Assembly (NCBI GenBank): GCA_964016885.1
Contig: OZ024740.1
Location: 258,912,001-258,976,000, forward strand
Origin: Eledone cirrhosa
Taxonomy: Eukaryota
DNA length: 64,000 nt
Direction: 5' to 3'
The notes under the pieces are model-generated. The model was given only the letters and a program-made list of their open reading frames with translations, searched no databases and was not told the origin of the DNA. This document shows, piece after piece, positions 29,208 through 43,800 of this stretch. The position numbers and the translations under genes are program-made. Every line of letters starts with the position of its first letter. The first letter of the stretch is position 1.

Positions 29208-29939
29208 ATTCCAGCATATATTTACAAATGATATAGAACATTAAACATATCAGTAACTTTGGAGTGATAATGATTTACAGAAACAAATGTCGGATTAGAA
29301 CACAGGTTCTTGTGATTGGAAAGCGACCTTCATATTGTAGCCACATGACTGTGATAGCAAATGAGCTTTGTGTTTGTATGTGTGTATGTGCGTATGTGTG
29401 GTTATGCATATGTGCGTAAGTTTTAAAGCGTTACAGACAAAATATATAAATAGTTATACAGACACACATGCCGTATTATTTTTGTTGATAACAGTAATGG
29501 TGAGTGTTTTTGTTTCAGATCATATGAAAATGTTAGAGTAATGACGACTGAAAGCTAGAAGAATAAAACACACAAACCAAGCCCCTCCTGGGAATATAAG
29601 CCGGAGAGCGGAGTTAACTCCCTTGGGAGTTTGAGACAAATCAACACTTAACCTTTTCACCTCAATTAAACATTAAATTTACACACAGTTGGCTATGTAT
29701 GTGTGTTTGTGTGTGGGGGTGGGTGGTTGTAGATTATACATACACACACACACATAATTTCACGCATTTAGCTATGTGTGTGCGTATGAGAAAATTACTC
29801 ATAAACACATATTTATCAATGTACATATACCCGCACACATATACATACACGCGCATATATACATACATATACATGCGAGGGTATATACTCAGTGATACAC
29901 AGTAATATAGACAATCATAATGATATATGCATGATATAC

Positions 29940-29992
<53 letters not shown>

Positions 29993-30052
29993 CATACATA
30001 TCATGCATACATCATTATGATTGTCTATTTCACGGTATACTCACACACACGT

Positions 30053-30104
<52 letters not shown>

Positions 30105-30560
30105 ATAATTAATCATCTGTCTTATTATACACTCCAAATGACGCTGGATCAAACAGAAATATATATGTGATCCACATTCACACAGTATATTTATTATTAA
30201 AAAATAAATGTATATATATAAACACATATATATAAAGAAATAAAGATCTCATTATATAGGACAAACGTAAACTTTTGATGATCAAATTTTGATTATTCAC
30301 TTCAGTTCAGTGATGATGATGATATTGATAATAATGGTGCTGTTGGTGGTGATGATGATGGTGTTGGTGGTGTTGCCCTCGTCATTGTCATCGTAGTTGT
30401 TGTTGTTACTTAGAGCCAGATAATCTCTGATCAGCCTGACCTTTGATTAAAGATTTTCTAACTGTAGGCATTTTCTCATACACATAGACGCACACACACA
30501 TGGCACAGAGCCCAAGAAGACCATTAATGATGGGAGTAATCAATGCATGGTGAGATGCAG

Positions 30561-30802
30561 AGAAATGTAAAATGCAACTGGAGTCTTTTAAGAATATTTA
30601 TTTATTTACTTCACCAGTTTCACAGATCTTATGATTTTCAAAAGTAAAATTGAGATGGAGGATTTGTGTTTCGCGAGACAAACCACAACAGAAACACAAA
30701 CCCTCCATCTCAATTTTACTTTTGAAAATCATAAGATCTGTGAAACCGGTAAAGTAAATAAATGAATATTCTTAAAAGACTCAAGTTGCATTTTTCATTT
30801 CT
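30561..30802. repeat. Fold-back inverted repeat (~112-bp arms, 18-nt spacer)
   Basis: 30561-30672 is the reverse complement of 30691-30802 with few mismatches. Confidence 0.95.
30715..30758 (+). ncRNA. Minimal type I hammerhead ribozyme, U3-A8 variant, inside the fold-back arm
   Basis: UUUACUU-UUGAAAA-U-CA-UAAGAUC-UG-U-GAAAC-CG-GUA^AAGUAAA. 7-bp helix I, palindromic ACCGGU. The mirror copy on the left arm has a mutated GUG triplet. Confidence 0.62.
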
Positions 30803-31386
30803 GTTCCTTATACTTTAACCCGTGTGGGGTGGGACATCTCTTTTTAAATAGAACTAAGAAAACCAAAGTTGAACAGAAAAAACGAATGGAATAACAACAA
30901 CAACCATACCCAAACACACAATACTGACCTCAGGTAAATATAAATAAATAAAAATATATACATAAGTACAATAACTACAAAGACACATAAACACACACTA
31001 GTGAACAGAAATAGAATACAAACACACATAGACTCAAACACGAACACACACACCAAACAGAAAACACACATGGAAATCATGCGCAAACAGAGACTGAGAT
31101 AAGAATAAATAAATTAATTAGATAAAAATGGCGTAGACATTACAATACATCGCGAGGAAACTTAATAGTGCCACTGATGTCACAGATGTGTGGCGAAAGA
31201 ACTTTGATAGACTATACATATATATATTTATATGTGTATTTTTAACCGGTGGTCAATCAATGATAAGCATTGATTTCCAGATAAATTAACTACAGGGATA
31301 TGAAATATACAGAAGCGAAAACCAATCCAAACCAAACATTGTGTGTTTTATTATTTTTCCTGGCAATATAAAAATATGACCCTCAC

Positions 31387-31468
<82 letters not shown>

Positions 31469-31579
31469 AATATATACATATGTATATATATACACATATA
31501 TATACACACATATATATATATATATACACATATATATACACATATATATATATATATATATACACATATATATATATAT

Positions 31580-31654
<75 letters not shown>

Positions 31655-31665
31655 TATATATACAC

Positions 31666-31696
<31 letters not shown>

Positions 31697-31727
31697 TATA
31701 TATACACATATATATATATATATATAT

Positions 31728-31772
<45 letters not shown>

Positions 31773-31808
31773 TATATATATATATTATACACACATATAT
31801 ATATATAT

Positions 31809-31915
<107 letters not shown>

Positions 31916-32238
31916 CTGCTGAATGGGCAAAGTAGTTATTTTCACACCAAGTTTTATCTTCACTTTTCATCTTTCAACGACGGTGCACCAGCATTGGCTG
32001 AGTCTTTGGATTGCAACCACCAAAAGTAAGATATGTATTCTCAAACTGAAGATCTGATCTAAATTCTTGTAACAGAGTGAATTCCCGCTAAATTCTCCCA
32101 AGTTTCACGTGTTTGTGTTAAACAGGGCTATGAATTAACACAAACACTTATTTTTCTAAAATAAGGAAGAAGGTAATATTCTATTTTTTTAGCAGTCTTT
32201 TTCCATTTAAATGATTCCAGTTGATCGTTACGATAGGT

Positions 32239-32275
32239 TTTCCTGGACAAAGAGCTATCCGAAACGCATAGGAAA
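32239..32275 (+). ncRNA. Decayed minimal hammerhead motif
   Basis: UUUCC-UGGACAA-A-GA-GCUA-UC-C-GAAAC-GC-AUA-GGAAA. Helix I intact; the core shows U3/A8 plus likely inactivating changes at U4 and 16.2. Confidence 0.4.
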
Positions 32276-32454
32276 GGAATATAACTAAATACCAGGCGTT
32301 AAGTGACCATTTCCTTTTTGTGATGTTCGCCATCAAGAATCCCCAACTGTCGTTTTTTTTTTCGCCAAATCAGGAAGAGGACGGCTTGCCTCGAGAAGGA
32401 GCTCCAGAGGTCGCTGTCTCTTCTCTACGACAATGTTTTCAACAGCTGTCCACA

Positions 32455-32787
32455 ACTGTAAAGAACCCATCCAGTCACGAATGATCACAGGATTTGCACC
32501 TAAAAAGTCCTCTCCGAGGCACATATCTGGGCAAGGTTGATTGTGTTAGATCAACAGTCGGCCCTGCATATCAGTCCCCCCTCTCCATGTTGTCCAAAGG
32601 AAAGGCAATGGCTGATACAACTCGGCACCAGTGACTTCGCAACTCATGTCTACAGCTGAGTAAACTGAAGCGACGTAAAATACAGCGTCTTGCTCAAGGA
32701 CACAATGCATCATCCGGTCTGAGAATCGAGCTCACAACCTTACGATTGCAAGCTCAACGATCTAACCACTAAGCCAAGGGCTTTCAC
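32455..32787 (-). mobile_element. tRNA-headed SINE, family B, near full length
   Basis: Minus strand: A box tggcttagtggttag, B box gagctcgattctc, body tgtgtccttgagcaagac...ttcagtttactcagctgtag. Confidence 0.8.
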
Positions 32788-32864
32788 TCTATATTAGTCC
32801 CCCTCCCTCCTCTCTCTATACAATATGCACTATATTCTATAAGTACTATATGTAATGTTGTCCG

Positions 32865-33053
32865 GGAGAAAGGCATACACCAAGACAGTCTGGCATCAGT
32901 GTTGTCAAAAGTCTAGTTTTGTAACTGAGTGGACTGAAGAAATGTAAAAGTGAAGTGTCTTGTTCAAGGTCATGATCCACCGCCCAGTCCAGGAATCGAA
33001 CTTAAGACATTACAATCATGAGCCCAGCACTGGAACCACTAATCCACACGCTT
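32865..33053 (-). mobile_element. Family B SINE, second copy
   Basis: Minus strand: tggattagtggtt (A box), gttcgattcc (B box), ccttgaacaagacacttcac. Confidence 0.75.
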
Positions 33054-34060
33054 TCATTTCTCTTCTAAACAGTCTTCTGTAATGGAAGACTTACTACGAG
33101 GTAAGATCGTATATATTTCCTTTATATCCTACATTAGAGATACTAAACATTTCAACGAAGCCTCATTTTCGGAAACCCCTATCAACATTTGATTGGTATT
33201 TTATTTTTATTTTTTGTTTTACTTTTTGTTTTATTTTTTTTATTGTTGATGATTTTCAGCCCCTGGTCAGCTCTAGTTGAACAGACGTATATACAAAGAT
33301 ATCCTAGTAATGACCACATCCAATCTTTTCATACATAGTCTAGCTCAGACAATTTCCGCAGTGCTAACGTTTCTGTCAATCCACCGCCATCATATTTATC
33401 TCCATGACACGTTAAACTCTAAATCTACGTAATTGATCATTAAGAGATATTAATGTATATCAGTAACAACATCTAAGTAAGTTACATTCTCGTACATTTA
33501 GCTTGGCGTTATATTAAAGGATTAGAGAGGAGAAGCCGTAGGGAGTTTACGTTTAAGTCAAAATCCGTTCTTCTTGGTAACACTTCTGACTCAGCTGTCA
33601 AAAGGAAGCCAGTTCTTAGTTGTGTTGCATATATATTCTTTGGCTAACATTCTGCCAAAGACTTCCATTAAATGCAAACGATTAACAATGAGGACGGCAA
33701 GAGCAAGCAACAATATCAGCAAAACAGTAACAACAACAACCATCACTACGACAACTACTACTACTACAACTACGGCAACAAAGACAACAACAATAACCAC
33801 AGCAATGACAACAAAGGCAACAATAACAAAGACAAACACAAAATGAAGGACTATAGCAATAACTACGAGCGGGCTTAAATATAATTCATTACAACTTTTA
33901 TTTTGTGACAACAAAAGCAGATAATCCTAAATTATGTATGTTTGCAAGATTGTGTTGTGTTTGCGTGGGCTATATATATGTGTGTGTGTGTGTGTGAGTG
34001 TGTGTGTGTATGTGTACATATATATGTGTATATATATATACGTATATATACATATATATG

Positions 34061-34204
<144 letters not shown>

Positions 34205-34280
34205 GTAAGTATGTATATATAAATGTAAGTATGTATCAGCCGTACTAAGAGTGAGAAATTTCATTTCATTTCATTCTTTT

Positions 34281-34314
<34 letters not shown>

Positions 34315-34429
34315 GAAATCAATAACCATTTCGACATAAACAACCATTTCTGTGACATCAATTCTAATATCAGAATATCAAAAAATACAAACACAAAACT
34401 GTAACAACTATGGAGATAGCAGCGTATGC

Positions 34430-35830
34430 ATACACTAAATATAACATAAATAACATACATACACTAAATATAACATAAATAACATACATACACTAAATAT
34501 AACATAACATACATACAATATATAACATACATACACTATATATAACATAACATACATACACTAAATATAACATACATACGCTATATATAACATAACATAC
34601 ACTAAATATAACATAACATAGATACGCTATATATAACATAACATACACTAAATGTAACATAACATACATACATATATATATATATATATAACATAACATA
34701 CATACACTATATATAACATAACATACACTAAATATAACATAACATACATACACTATATATAACATAACATACATACACTATATCTAACATAACATACATA
34801 CACTATATATAACATAACATACATACACTATATATAACATAACATACATACACTATATATAACATAACATACACTATATATAACATAACATACATACACT
34901 ATATATAACATACATACACTATATATAATATAACATACATATACTATATCTAACATAACATACACTATATATAACATAACATACATACACTATATATAAC
35001 ATACATACACTATATATAACATCCATACACTATATATAACATACATACACTATATATAACATACATACACTATATATAACATAACATACATACACTATAT
35101 ATAACATAACATACACTAACTATAACATAACATACATACACTAAATATAACATACATACACTATATATAACATAACATACATACACTAAATATAACATAC
35201 ATACACTATATATAACATAACATACATACACTATATATAACATAACATACATACACTATATATAACATAACATACACTAACTATAACATAACATACATAC
35301 ACTAAATATAACATACATACACTATATATAACATAACATACATACACTATATATAACATACATACACTATATATAACATAACATACATACACTAAATATA
35401 ACATACATACACTATATATAACATAACATACATACACTATATATAACATAACATACACTAACTATAACATAACATACATACACTAAATATAACATACATA
35501 CACTATATATAACATAACATACATACACTATATATAACATACATACACTATATATAACATACATACACTATATATAACATAACATACATACACTATATAT
35601 AACATACATACACTATATATAACATAACATACATACACTATATATAACATACATACACTATATATAACATAACATGCATACACTATATATAACATAACAT
35701 ACATACACCATATATAACATCCATACACTATATATAACATCCAAAAACTATATATAACATCCATACACTATATATAACATACATACACTATATATAATAT
35801 AACATACATACACTAAATATAACACAAATA
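34430..35830. repeat. Complex minisatellite (21/22/26-bp variants of CACTATATATAACATAACATACATA)
   Basis: About 1.4 kb of tandem variants. Confidence 0.97.
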
Positions 35831-36992
35831 ACACCACTACTATAATTACAACAACACCACTGCAATAACTACTACTACAACTACAATACTGCAATAACTA
35901 CAACAACAGCAACAATACCAACATTGCTAGAACGACTGCAACAGCTATAACTACAACTCTTCTGCAACAACTAAAACTACTACAGCGACAACAACAAGAA
36001 TAACACCAACAACAACAGTAACAACAGTAACAACTACAATAACAGTAACAACAACGGGAACAACGGGAACGACAACAGTAACAACAACAGTAACAACAAC
36101 AGTAACAACAACAATAACAACAACAACAGTAACAACAACAGTAACAACAACAGTAACAACAGTAACAACAACAGTAACAACAACAGTAACAACAACAGTA
36201 ACAACAACAACAGTAACAACAACAGTAACAACAACAACAACAACAGTAACAACAACAGTAACAACAACAATAACAACAACAGTAAAAACAATAAATACAA
36301 CAGCAACAGTAACAACAACAGTAACAACAACAACAGTAACAACAACAGTAACAACAACAATAACAACAACAACAGTAACAACAACAGTAACAACAACAAT
36401 AACAACAACAACAGTAACAACAACAGTAACAACAACAGTAACAACAACAGTAACAACAACAACAACAGTAACAACAACAGTAACAACAACAACAGTAACA
36501 ACAACAGTAACAACAACAGTAACAACAACAACAGTAACAACAACAGTAACAACAACAACAGTAACAACAACAGTAACAACAACAGTAACAACAACAACAG
36601 TAACAACAACAGTAACAACAACAGTAACAACAACAGTAACAACAACAGTAACAACAACAGTAACAACAACAGTAACAACAACAGTAACAACAACAACAGT
36701 AACAACAACAGTAACAACAACAGTAACAACAACAGTAACAACAACAGTAACAACAACAGTAACAACAACAGTAACAACAACAGTAACAACAACAACAACA
36801 GTAACAACAACAGTAACAACAACAACAGTAACAACAACAGTAACAACAACAACAGTAACAACAACAGTAACAACAACAACAGTAACAACAACAGTAACAA
36901 CAACAGTAACAACAACAGTAACAACAACAGTAACAACAACAATAACAACAACAGTAAAAACAATAAATACAACAGCAACAGCAACAGTAACA
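35830..36992. repeat. (AAC)n / (AGTAACAACAAC)n array
   Basis: Direct inspection. It produces the 365-aa poly-Leu pseudo-ORF. Confidence 0.98.
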
Positions 36993-37109
36993 CCATCGAC
37001 ATCACCGTCTTCATCACCACTATCACCATCATCACTATCACCATCATCATCATCATTGTCATCATCATCATCACATCATCATCTTCCATCATTATCATCA
37101 TGGTGGTAA

Positions 37110-37293
37110 TAATTGTTTCTACTATTGGCACAAGCCCAGCAATTTACCAGTGCATTACTGGTACTTTATTTTATCGACCCCCGTAAGGATGAAAGGCAAA
37201 GTTAACCTCGGTGGGATTTCCACTCAGAATGAAAAGGGCCGTAACTCTATGCTAGAAAGCATGGCGTCCGACCCTCTACCGATACTGCCAATT
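37110..37293 (-). mobile_element. Family A SINE
   Basis: Reverse complement of the family A consensus (tggcagtatcggtagagggtcggacgccatgc...cctttcatccttacgggggtcgataaaataaagtaccagt). Confidence 0.85.
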
Positions 37294-37909
37294 CAGTAAT
37301 AATGATGGTGACGTTGATGATAATGACAAGGTGATGATGATGATGATGGTGATGCTGGGGGTTGGTGGTGGTATTGATGATGACGACGATGGTGTTATGG
37401 TATTGTTTGAGTTATACCTTTCTGTAGAGGAGGGTAGAGGTAATGAAGGAGGTGCGGGATGTGGAGAGGAGATGTTAAAACCCCTGATCAAAGACATTCC
37501 AGATCTGACTACCCAGTCAGATTTTTCCCTTGTAAAGTGTAGTGTTCCTTGCATCTGTTTTTGTAACAGTAGGGTTGTAACATGAAGGAGGATCTAGTTG
37601 TTGTTTCTAGCAGCTCGAACAACCATCAAATCCACGCCTCATTAACTCGGAGTGGCGGCAGTGGATGGTCGAGGATGGTAGTGGATGACAGTGGGTAGGA
37701 AGGTAGTGGTATCGTGTGGTGGATAGAGTATGTGTGTAATTGTGGTGTTGATGGTAGTGGACGGAGGTGGGGGATGGTAATGTGGTGTGGTTGGTAAGGT
37801 ATGTGGATAATGGCAGTGGGTGGTGGATGGTAGTGGATGACAGTGGATAGGAAGATAGTGGTATGGTTGAACGTGGGTAATGGTGGTGTTGATAGCAGTG
37901 GATGGTTGT

Positions 37910-38065
37910 GGATGGTAGTGGTGTGGCGTAGTTGGTACAGAACTTGGGTAATGGTGGTGTTAATGGCAATGGATGATGGTGGTGGTAGATGGTAGTGGTG
38001 TGGCGTAGTTGGTACAGAACTTGGGTAATGGTGGTGTTAATGGCAATGGATGATGGTGGTGGTGG
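37910..38065. repeat. ~79-bp tandem duplication within a degenerate GTG/GAT-rich tract
   Basis: gatggtagtggtgtggcgtagttggtacagaacttgggtaatggtggtgttaatggcaatggatgatggtggtggt is present twice. Confidence 0.9.
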
Positions 38066-38848
38066 TGGATGATAGTGGAATATAGCGGACGACAGCGTGT
38101 AGGATGGTAATGGTGCAGTGGGGTTGGTAGGGAATGTTTGTTAGAGTGGTATAGACGGCGGGTGACAGTGAGTAAGATGGTAGTGGTGTGCTTGATAGGG
38201 AATTATAGTGTTGATGGCTGTGGATGGTGGTGGTGGTGGAGGAGGATTATAGTGGACGACAGTGAGTAGGAATAGTGATGCGAAGATAGTGGTGCGGATG
38301 GTAGGGAAGGACGAGGGTAATGGTAGTGTTGGTAGCTGTGAGTGTTGGTGTTGTTAATGATGATGGAAGTGGATGGTAATTGTGACAGCGATAATGATGA
38401 TGACGATGGTTGGGTGGTCATAGTTTTTCATTTCTTCCTTCTTTCCTTTGTTCTTTCTTCCTTCCTTTTGTTCTTCCTTTTCATAAGTCAGGTGACCTTA
38501 AAAGTTGACATTCAAGCGAGCAATAATGGAAATATATTCGATGGCAACCCATTGATATTTTCGAAAATCAGATAAAAAGTTGGGCCGATATTGTTCTAAA
38601 AGTAAAAAGCGAAGTTAGTTAGAGCTGTGAATGACCTCGTTACCATCTAAGGTAGAGATCACACATACTGATTATTGATAGGCAGTTAAAATACACATAG
38701 GCCATTCAAGTACTTAGTACGGTCAACCACAACTATATGAATAGATGAATAGAGTCGGTAATAAAAGACAACCCAGTGACCTTAACGATGCAGGACATAA
38801 GATAGTCATCTTTTGTGTACATAATACACACACACTCTCACACACTCT

Positions 38849-38880
<32 letters not shown>

Positions 38881-39117
38881 CATACAAATATAATAATATA
38901 ACACAAACATATAAAAACGCATAAATAATATGTATACATATACGTGTATATATATATTACACCCCCTATTCCCTTTATTTAAATTTTTATTTTTATTTTT
39001 ATTTTTATTTTTACTTTCTATTTCTCTATTTTCTATTTTTTACTTTTTAACTACCTTAACCCCCCCCCCCCCCCACTCCAGTCCTCCTTGGAGTTCCTGC
39101 TCTCCCTCTATCCGAAA

Positions 39118-39153
39118 TTTCCTGATGAAGGACATCAGTCCGAAACGTTGAAA
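39118..39153 (+). ncRNA. Minimal type I hammerhead ribozyme (predicted obligate dimer)
   Basis: UUUC-CUGAUGA-A-GGAC-AUCA-GUCC-GAAAC-GUU^GAAA. Canonical core, G-C closed helix II, loopless palindromic helix III (AACGUU). Confidence 0.8.
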
Positions 39154-39232
39154 CCTCCTCCACTTCCACCAAGCGTGAACCTATAACTGTGTAAAATTGC
39201 CTCCTGGTGTTCGTTCATTTTGAACTATATAC

Positions 39233-39295
<63 letters not shown>

Positions 39296-39298
<3 letters not shown>

Positions 39299-41150
39299 GA
39301 ATTTTGCGGAAGCTGTATACTTACATATGAATTTCCACAAAAAGCGGAAGAATGAACGTTCCAATTTAGTGATGTGCGAACGGGAGCAAGGCACGACGAT
39401 CAGGCAATAGTAAATGACGGACGTGATGCACGCGTTGGGTACCTCCGCCTGACTTTTCAGGGATAGTTTCCTTTCGGCCCATTTGTGGGCGGGAGTGCCC
39501 ACCATGCTTGTTACCTCGTCCTAGTGTTTATCCACCTGTCCGCATATGCGGACACAGCACTCCCATGCCCCGGTTTGAGTTGTTGCAGGGATGCCCTGCA
39601 ACAGCTCCAACTTCCGTTGTAATGGCTCGAGAGTCAATACGTACAAAAGGAAGGAGAGAGAGCATGATGGGCCGATCACGTTATCTGAAACGGTTCTGAA
39701 AGGTGGCCATTTGCTTTAACCACCGAGCAGATGCCACTGCGCATTGCAGGAATCCAGCCTCTGAAGACGGGATCAAAACCAGCTGCCTTGGGGTCAGCCA
39801 TTAGGTATCGATGGTTGACCCTATCGATGCTTTCGATTGATCTAAATTGAGCCCCAGTGAAGCCAGATTTACACTCTACCTTCTCTATGATGTATCGTAT
39901 GAGGTCAAGGTTTTCGTGTATGGACTTGGTCGGGATTGTGTGAGTTTGCGGCGGTGTTGGTGCGGTAGTGTTTGTGTTTGTTGTGTGTGTGGTGTCTGCA
40001 TTTTCTGTTGTCGGTGTGTGGGTGATGGCTGGGGTTAATTTATTTTATGTTTTTTTCTTGTGCTTCTTTTGTTTCTTTGCTTCTTTCTTTTTGTTTTGCC
40101 TCGTGTTCGCTACTGGAAGACGAACCGTCTGTGTCTGGACCAGTCCTCCCTGGCTGTTCTTGTCGCGTCGATCGGAATGGCATCTGTCCGCTCCTCTTGT
40201 ACGCATCCTACGAGTCACCTCGGGTAAAGTCCTGGTGGAATGCTGGGAAGGCGGACTCGAACTGTTCTCCTCTCATATGCGTGGGGAACATATTAATTTT
40301 GTTGGTTTTGCAGAGGGCTACCGAATGTTTCATAGCGAAGCCTTCCAACTAAAACAGTCCCGAATGGTGCCGTATTGTCTGCCCCTTGCTATGTATTCTG
40401 TGCCTTGTCTGATCCATTTCAGCGCAGCCTCTACTCAGGCTTGCGGGGTGATCTCCACTCTGCGAGTCTGCGCCGAAATGCATCTAAAGGTAATGGTCCT
40501 CTTTTCCCCGCTTCTATTGCTTCTGCCGGGACTGTTGAGTTGGTCCAGAGTTTCTCATGATCAATTAGCATCCATGCCTGGGTCGACTTGTACTCCTATT
40601 CACTAAGGTCCATGCTAAAGTGTGACCATTTTTGATGCTGCAGCATCGATAGAGTTTTTGTTGTTGCTCGTGTTGTTCTTGCTGGTGCTGTTGTTGTCGC
40701 TGCTGTTGTTGGTGGTGTTGTTGTTGTTGTTGCAGTTGTTGTTGTTGTTGTTGTTGATGATTGTGTTTTTGTCATTGTTATTCTCCCTTTTGTTTTCCCT
40801 GTTTTTACTGTTGGTGTTGTTGTTATTGCTGTTGTTGAGGTTCATGCTATTATCCTTTATGTTGTCGCTGTCACGTGTCTTCGTTTTTCGTTTCCGTTGT
40901 TTCAGTGGTGGTGGTGGTGGTGGTGGTGTCAATGGTGTTGGCCGCACCTACCGTCGCTATGGTGGGAGCAGCGGCATTCATAAACATTGGCAGAGCCTTA
41001 AAGTCCGCTTTGTTTTGACGAGATAAGTTTTGGTTGCTGCTTCTACTGCTTTTTATTGCTGCTATTGCTGTTGTTTCTGCTGCTACCTCTCTTGTTGTTG
41101 CTGTTGCTGTGATAGTTTTCAGAATTTTGGCTGCTCTACTCTATGGACAG
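39296..41150 (-). mobile_element. Fragmented Tx1/L1-clade LINE (ORF1-like and RT pieces)
   Basis: KWAERKLSLKSQAEV, LIRYIIEKV and DRVNHRYL. ORF1-like IEYIARGRQYGTI and MFPTHM resemble the ORF1 at 56440-56900. Asn-rich low-complexity N-terminus. Confidence 0.75.
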
Positions 41151-41204
41151 CCCACCATTCCGTTAAGCGGTCACAAAAGCTTTGTCCGCCATCTTAATTT
41201 TGGT

Positions 41205-43800
41205 GGAAGATGCGATTGAAAGGTCAAATCAAGGAAATGAGAAAAGACATTAGAAATCTTGAGTCTTTATTAAATGAGACATTGCAAAACATAAACACTA
41301 AGGATAGATTGAAAATAAAACACAACACGAAGGAAAAAGAGCTAAATCTTATCATAGAGGAACTTAAGCAATGCCTTATAACAAAAGGCGCAAAGATTTA
41401 ACTATATGAGAACAGAGTTAATCAGTATAGACAGAACTGCATGTTTGACAACAACCAGAAGATGTTATTCAAACAACTCGAAGGCAAAGAAAGAGGTAAC
41501 GACGTGATCCCTGAGGCTGAACAGACTAAGGCATTCTGGAGAGGGATATGGGAGCAGAATGTTGAACATAATAGTCGGGCAGTGTGGATTGAGACGATTA
41601 AAAAGGAGATTAGTGAAGAACCACACCAACAACCTGGTTTGAGTATCACGGTTGAAACTCTTAAAAAGCAGACCAATAAACTGGACCTGGTGATTTCCAG
41701 ATGGTGTGCAAGGGTATTAGACAAAAAATATAACATCCCTCCATACAAAACTGACAGCCATGTTAAATGACTGCTTGGTGTCGGGTGAAGTACCAGAGTG
41801 ATTGACAAAAGGTACCACGGTTCAGGTATTGAGGTTACCAACTATAAGCCTATCACAAGTCTGTCCATAATGTGGAAACGGTTAACAAGCATTGTGACTG
41901 AGGAAATTTACTATCACCTCCACATAATCAACTTATTGCCGGACGAACAGAAAGGATGCCGAAAGAAGTCCCGTAGTACAAAAGACTAGTTATTTATTGA
42001 CAAGATGGTAATAAGGAATTGCAAGAGGAGGTATACTTGTTTTGCCATGGGATGGATAGACTACAAGAAGGCATTCGATATGGTTCCTCATTCTTGGATA
42101 ACCAAACGCCTAGAGATCTTCAAGGTGCAAACAACATCAGACAGTTATTAAGTAAAAGTATGAAGTTCTGGGAGACAAAGCTAGCATCCTTTTTATGGAC
42201 AATGTAAAGCGAGGAGTTGGATGTACTTGTTAACATTTTTGTTAACATGTCCGTGTTTTCAGCAATGATCTATGTATGCAATTTGATGTTAATAAGTATG
42301 GAGTCCTGGTGATCAAGAGGGGTAAATTGAGCAGAAGCAACGGAATCCGGGTACCAACAGGTGAGATGATAAAGGAAATCGACACTGAAGAAGGATACAG
42401 ATATTTGGGCGGTCTGGTGGTAATTGACAATAAAATGTAGGAATTGATAAGATCAGAATACATAAGGAGAGTAAGGAACATATTAAAATCACATCTAAAT
42501 AGTAGGAATGTCATAAGTGCAGTAAATTCCCGAGCTGTGTCTATTGGTGGATTGGCAGTATCGGTAGAGGGTCGACGCTATGCTTTGCAGCATAGAGTTA
42601 TGGCCCTTTATGATCTGAGTTCAAATCTTTCATCCTTACGGGGTCGATAAAATAAAGCACCAGTAACGTACTGGGTCGATTTTATTGACTTTCCCTTCCC
42701 CCCAAATTACTGGCCTTGTGCCTATACTAGAAATCATTATTAGGTACAATGCGGGAATTCTGTTACTGAACAAACAGAAATGGATAGAAAGACTAGGAAG
42801 CTAATGACTACCTACAGCATATTCCACAAGAGGAGTGATGTTGATAGACTCTACGTAAAGAGACCTGAAGGTGGAAGAGGTTGTATCAGCGTAGAGGACT
42901 GTGTTCAGATAGAGAAGAGCAGTCTGCACAATATGTGTCTGAGTGTAGGGAGCCGATGCTCAAAGTTGTACTGAAGGAGAGGACAATAGACCAGGGGATG
43001 TCCAGAGAGGAAGTAACAGCAAAGAGGAAGAGCAACCTTCATGAAAAATCCCTTCATGGCAACTTTTTTAAGAAAACGGAATTCAGAGATCCACAGACAT
43101 GGAGCTGGTTAAAAAGAGAAGACCTTAAAAAAGCTACAGAAGGAATGCTAATAGCTGCACAAGAGCAAGAACCTCAGAACAATTTGGGTGAAACACCATA
43201 TTGACAAGGAGGAGGCTAGTTCACTGTGTAGGATCTGTGAAGAGAGCCCAGACTCACTACAAAGGCTAGGCACGATATAATAGGTGATTCGCTGACATTT
43301 ATGCAAACTAAACAATTTACCACCTTCTGAGAAGTGGTATGAGCATAAGCCAGAGTCGGTGATAGAAAACGATTAAGTGAGGGTGCTACGGGATTTCAGG
43401 ATACAGACAGGCAAGAAATTAGAACACAATAGGCCTGACCTGGTGGTTTTTGACAAGGAAAAAAGATCTGATTGTATATGTAGCCTACCCCTTTGAATCA
43501 AGAGTGCAAGAAAAGGAGAAAATTAACCGATACTTGGATTTAAAGTGGGAATTATAAAGGATTTAGGACTGTCATGAGATCATGGTAATCCCGATTGTCA
43601 TAGAAGCACTAGGTACTATCTCGAAGAGTTTTCTCCCTGTTTTTGGAACACTTGAAAAGGCATGCTTGCTGGGAAAAGCAAGAACCCTCCTATAAGTCCT
43701 GAATATCCGAGGCTGCAGGTAGCGGCTTGATGTTCATTTGAACAAACTTTCCAGTTAACTAACATCAAATGACTGAGACTCAAAGAATAATAATAATGAT
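41205..43800 (+). mobile_element. R4/Dong-clade RLE LINE (family 3), degenerate, with (TAA)n tail
   Basis: LLPDEQKGCRK, WIDYKKAFDMVPHSW, GYRYLG, SDVDRLYVKRPEGGRG, LIAAQEQ, CRIC and HNRPDLVV. Ends gaataataataatgat. Confidence 0.9.
42546..42742 (+). mobile_element. Family A SINE inserted in the Dong LINE
   Basis: The SINE interrupts the LINE frame NSRAVSI|IRYNAG, with tatt on both sides. Confidence 0.85.

Noticed and set aside
36034-37131. 365-aa poly-Leu ORF
   Set aside because: Reverse translation of the AAC/AGT array.
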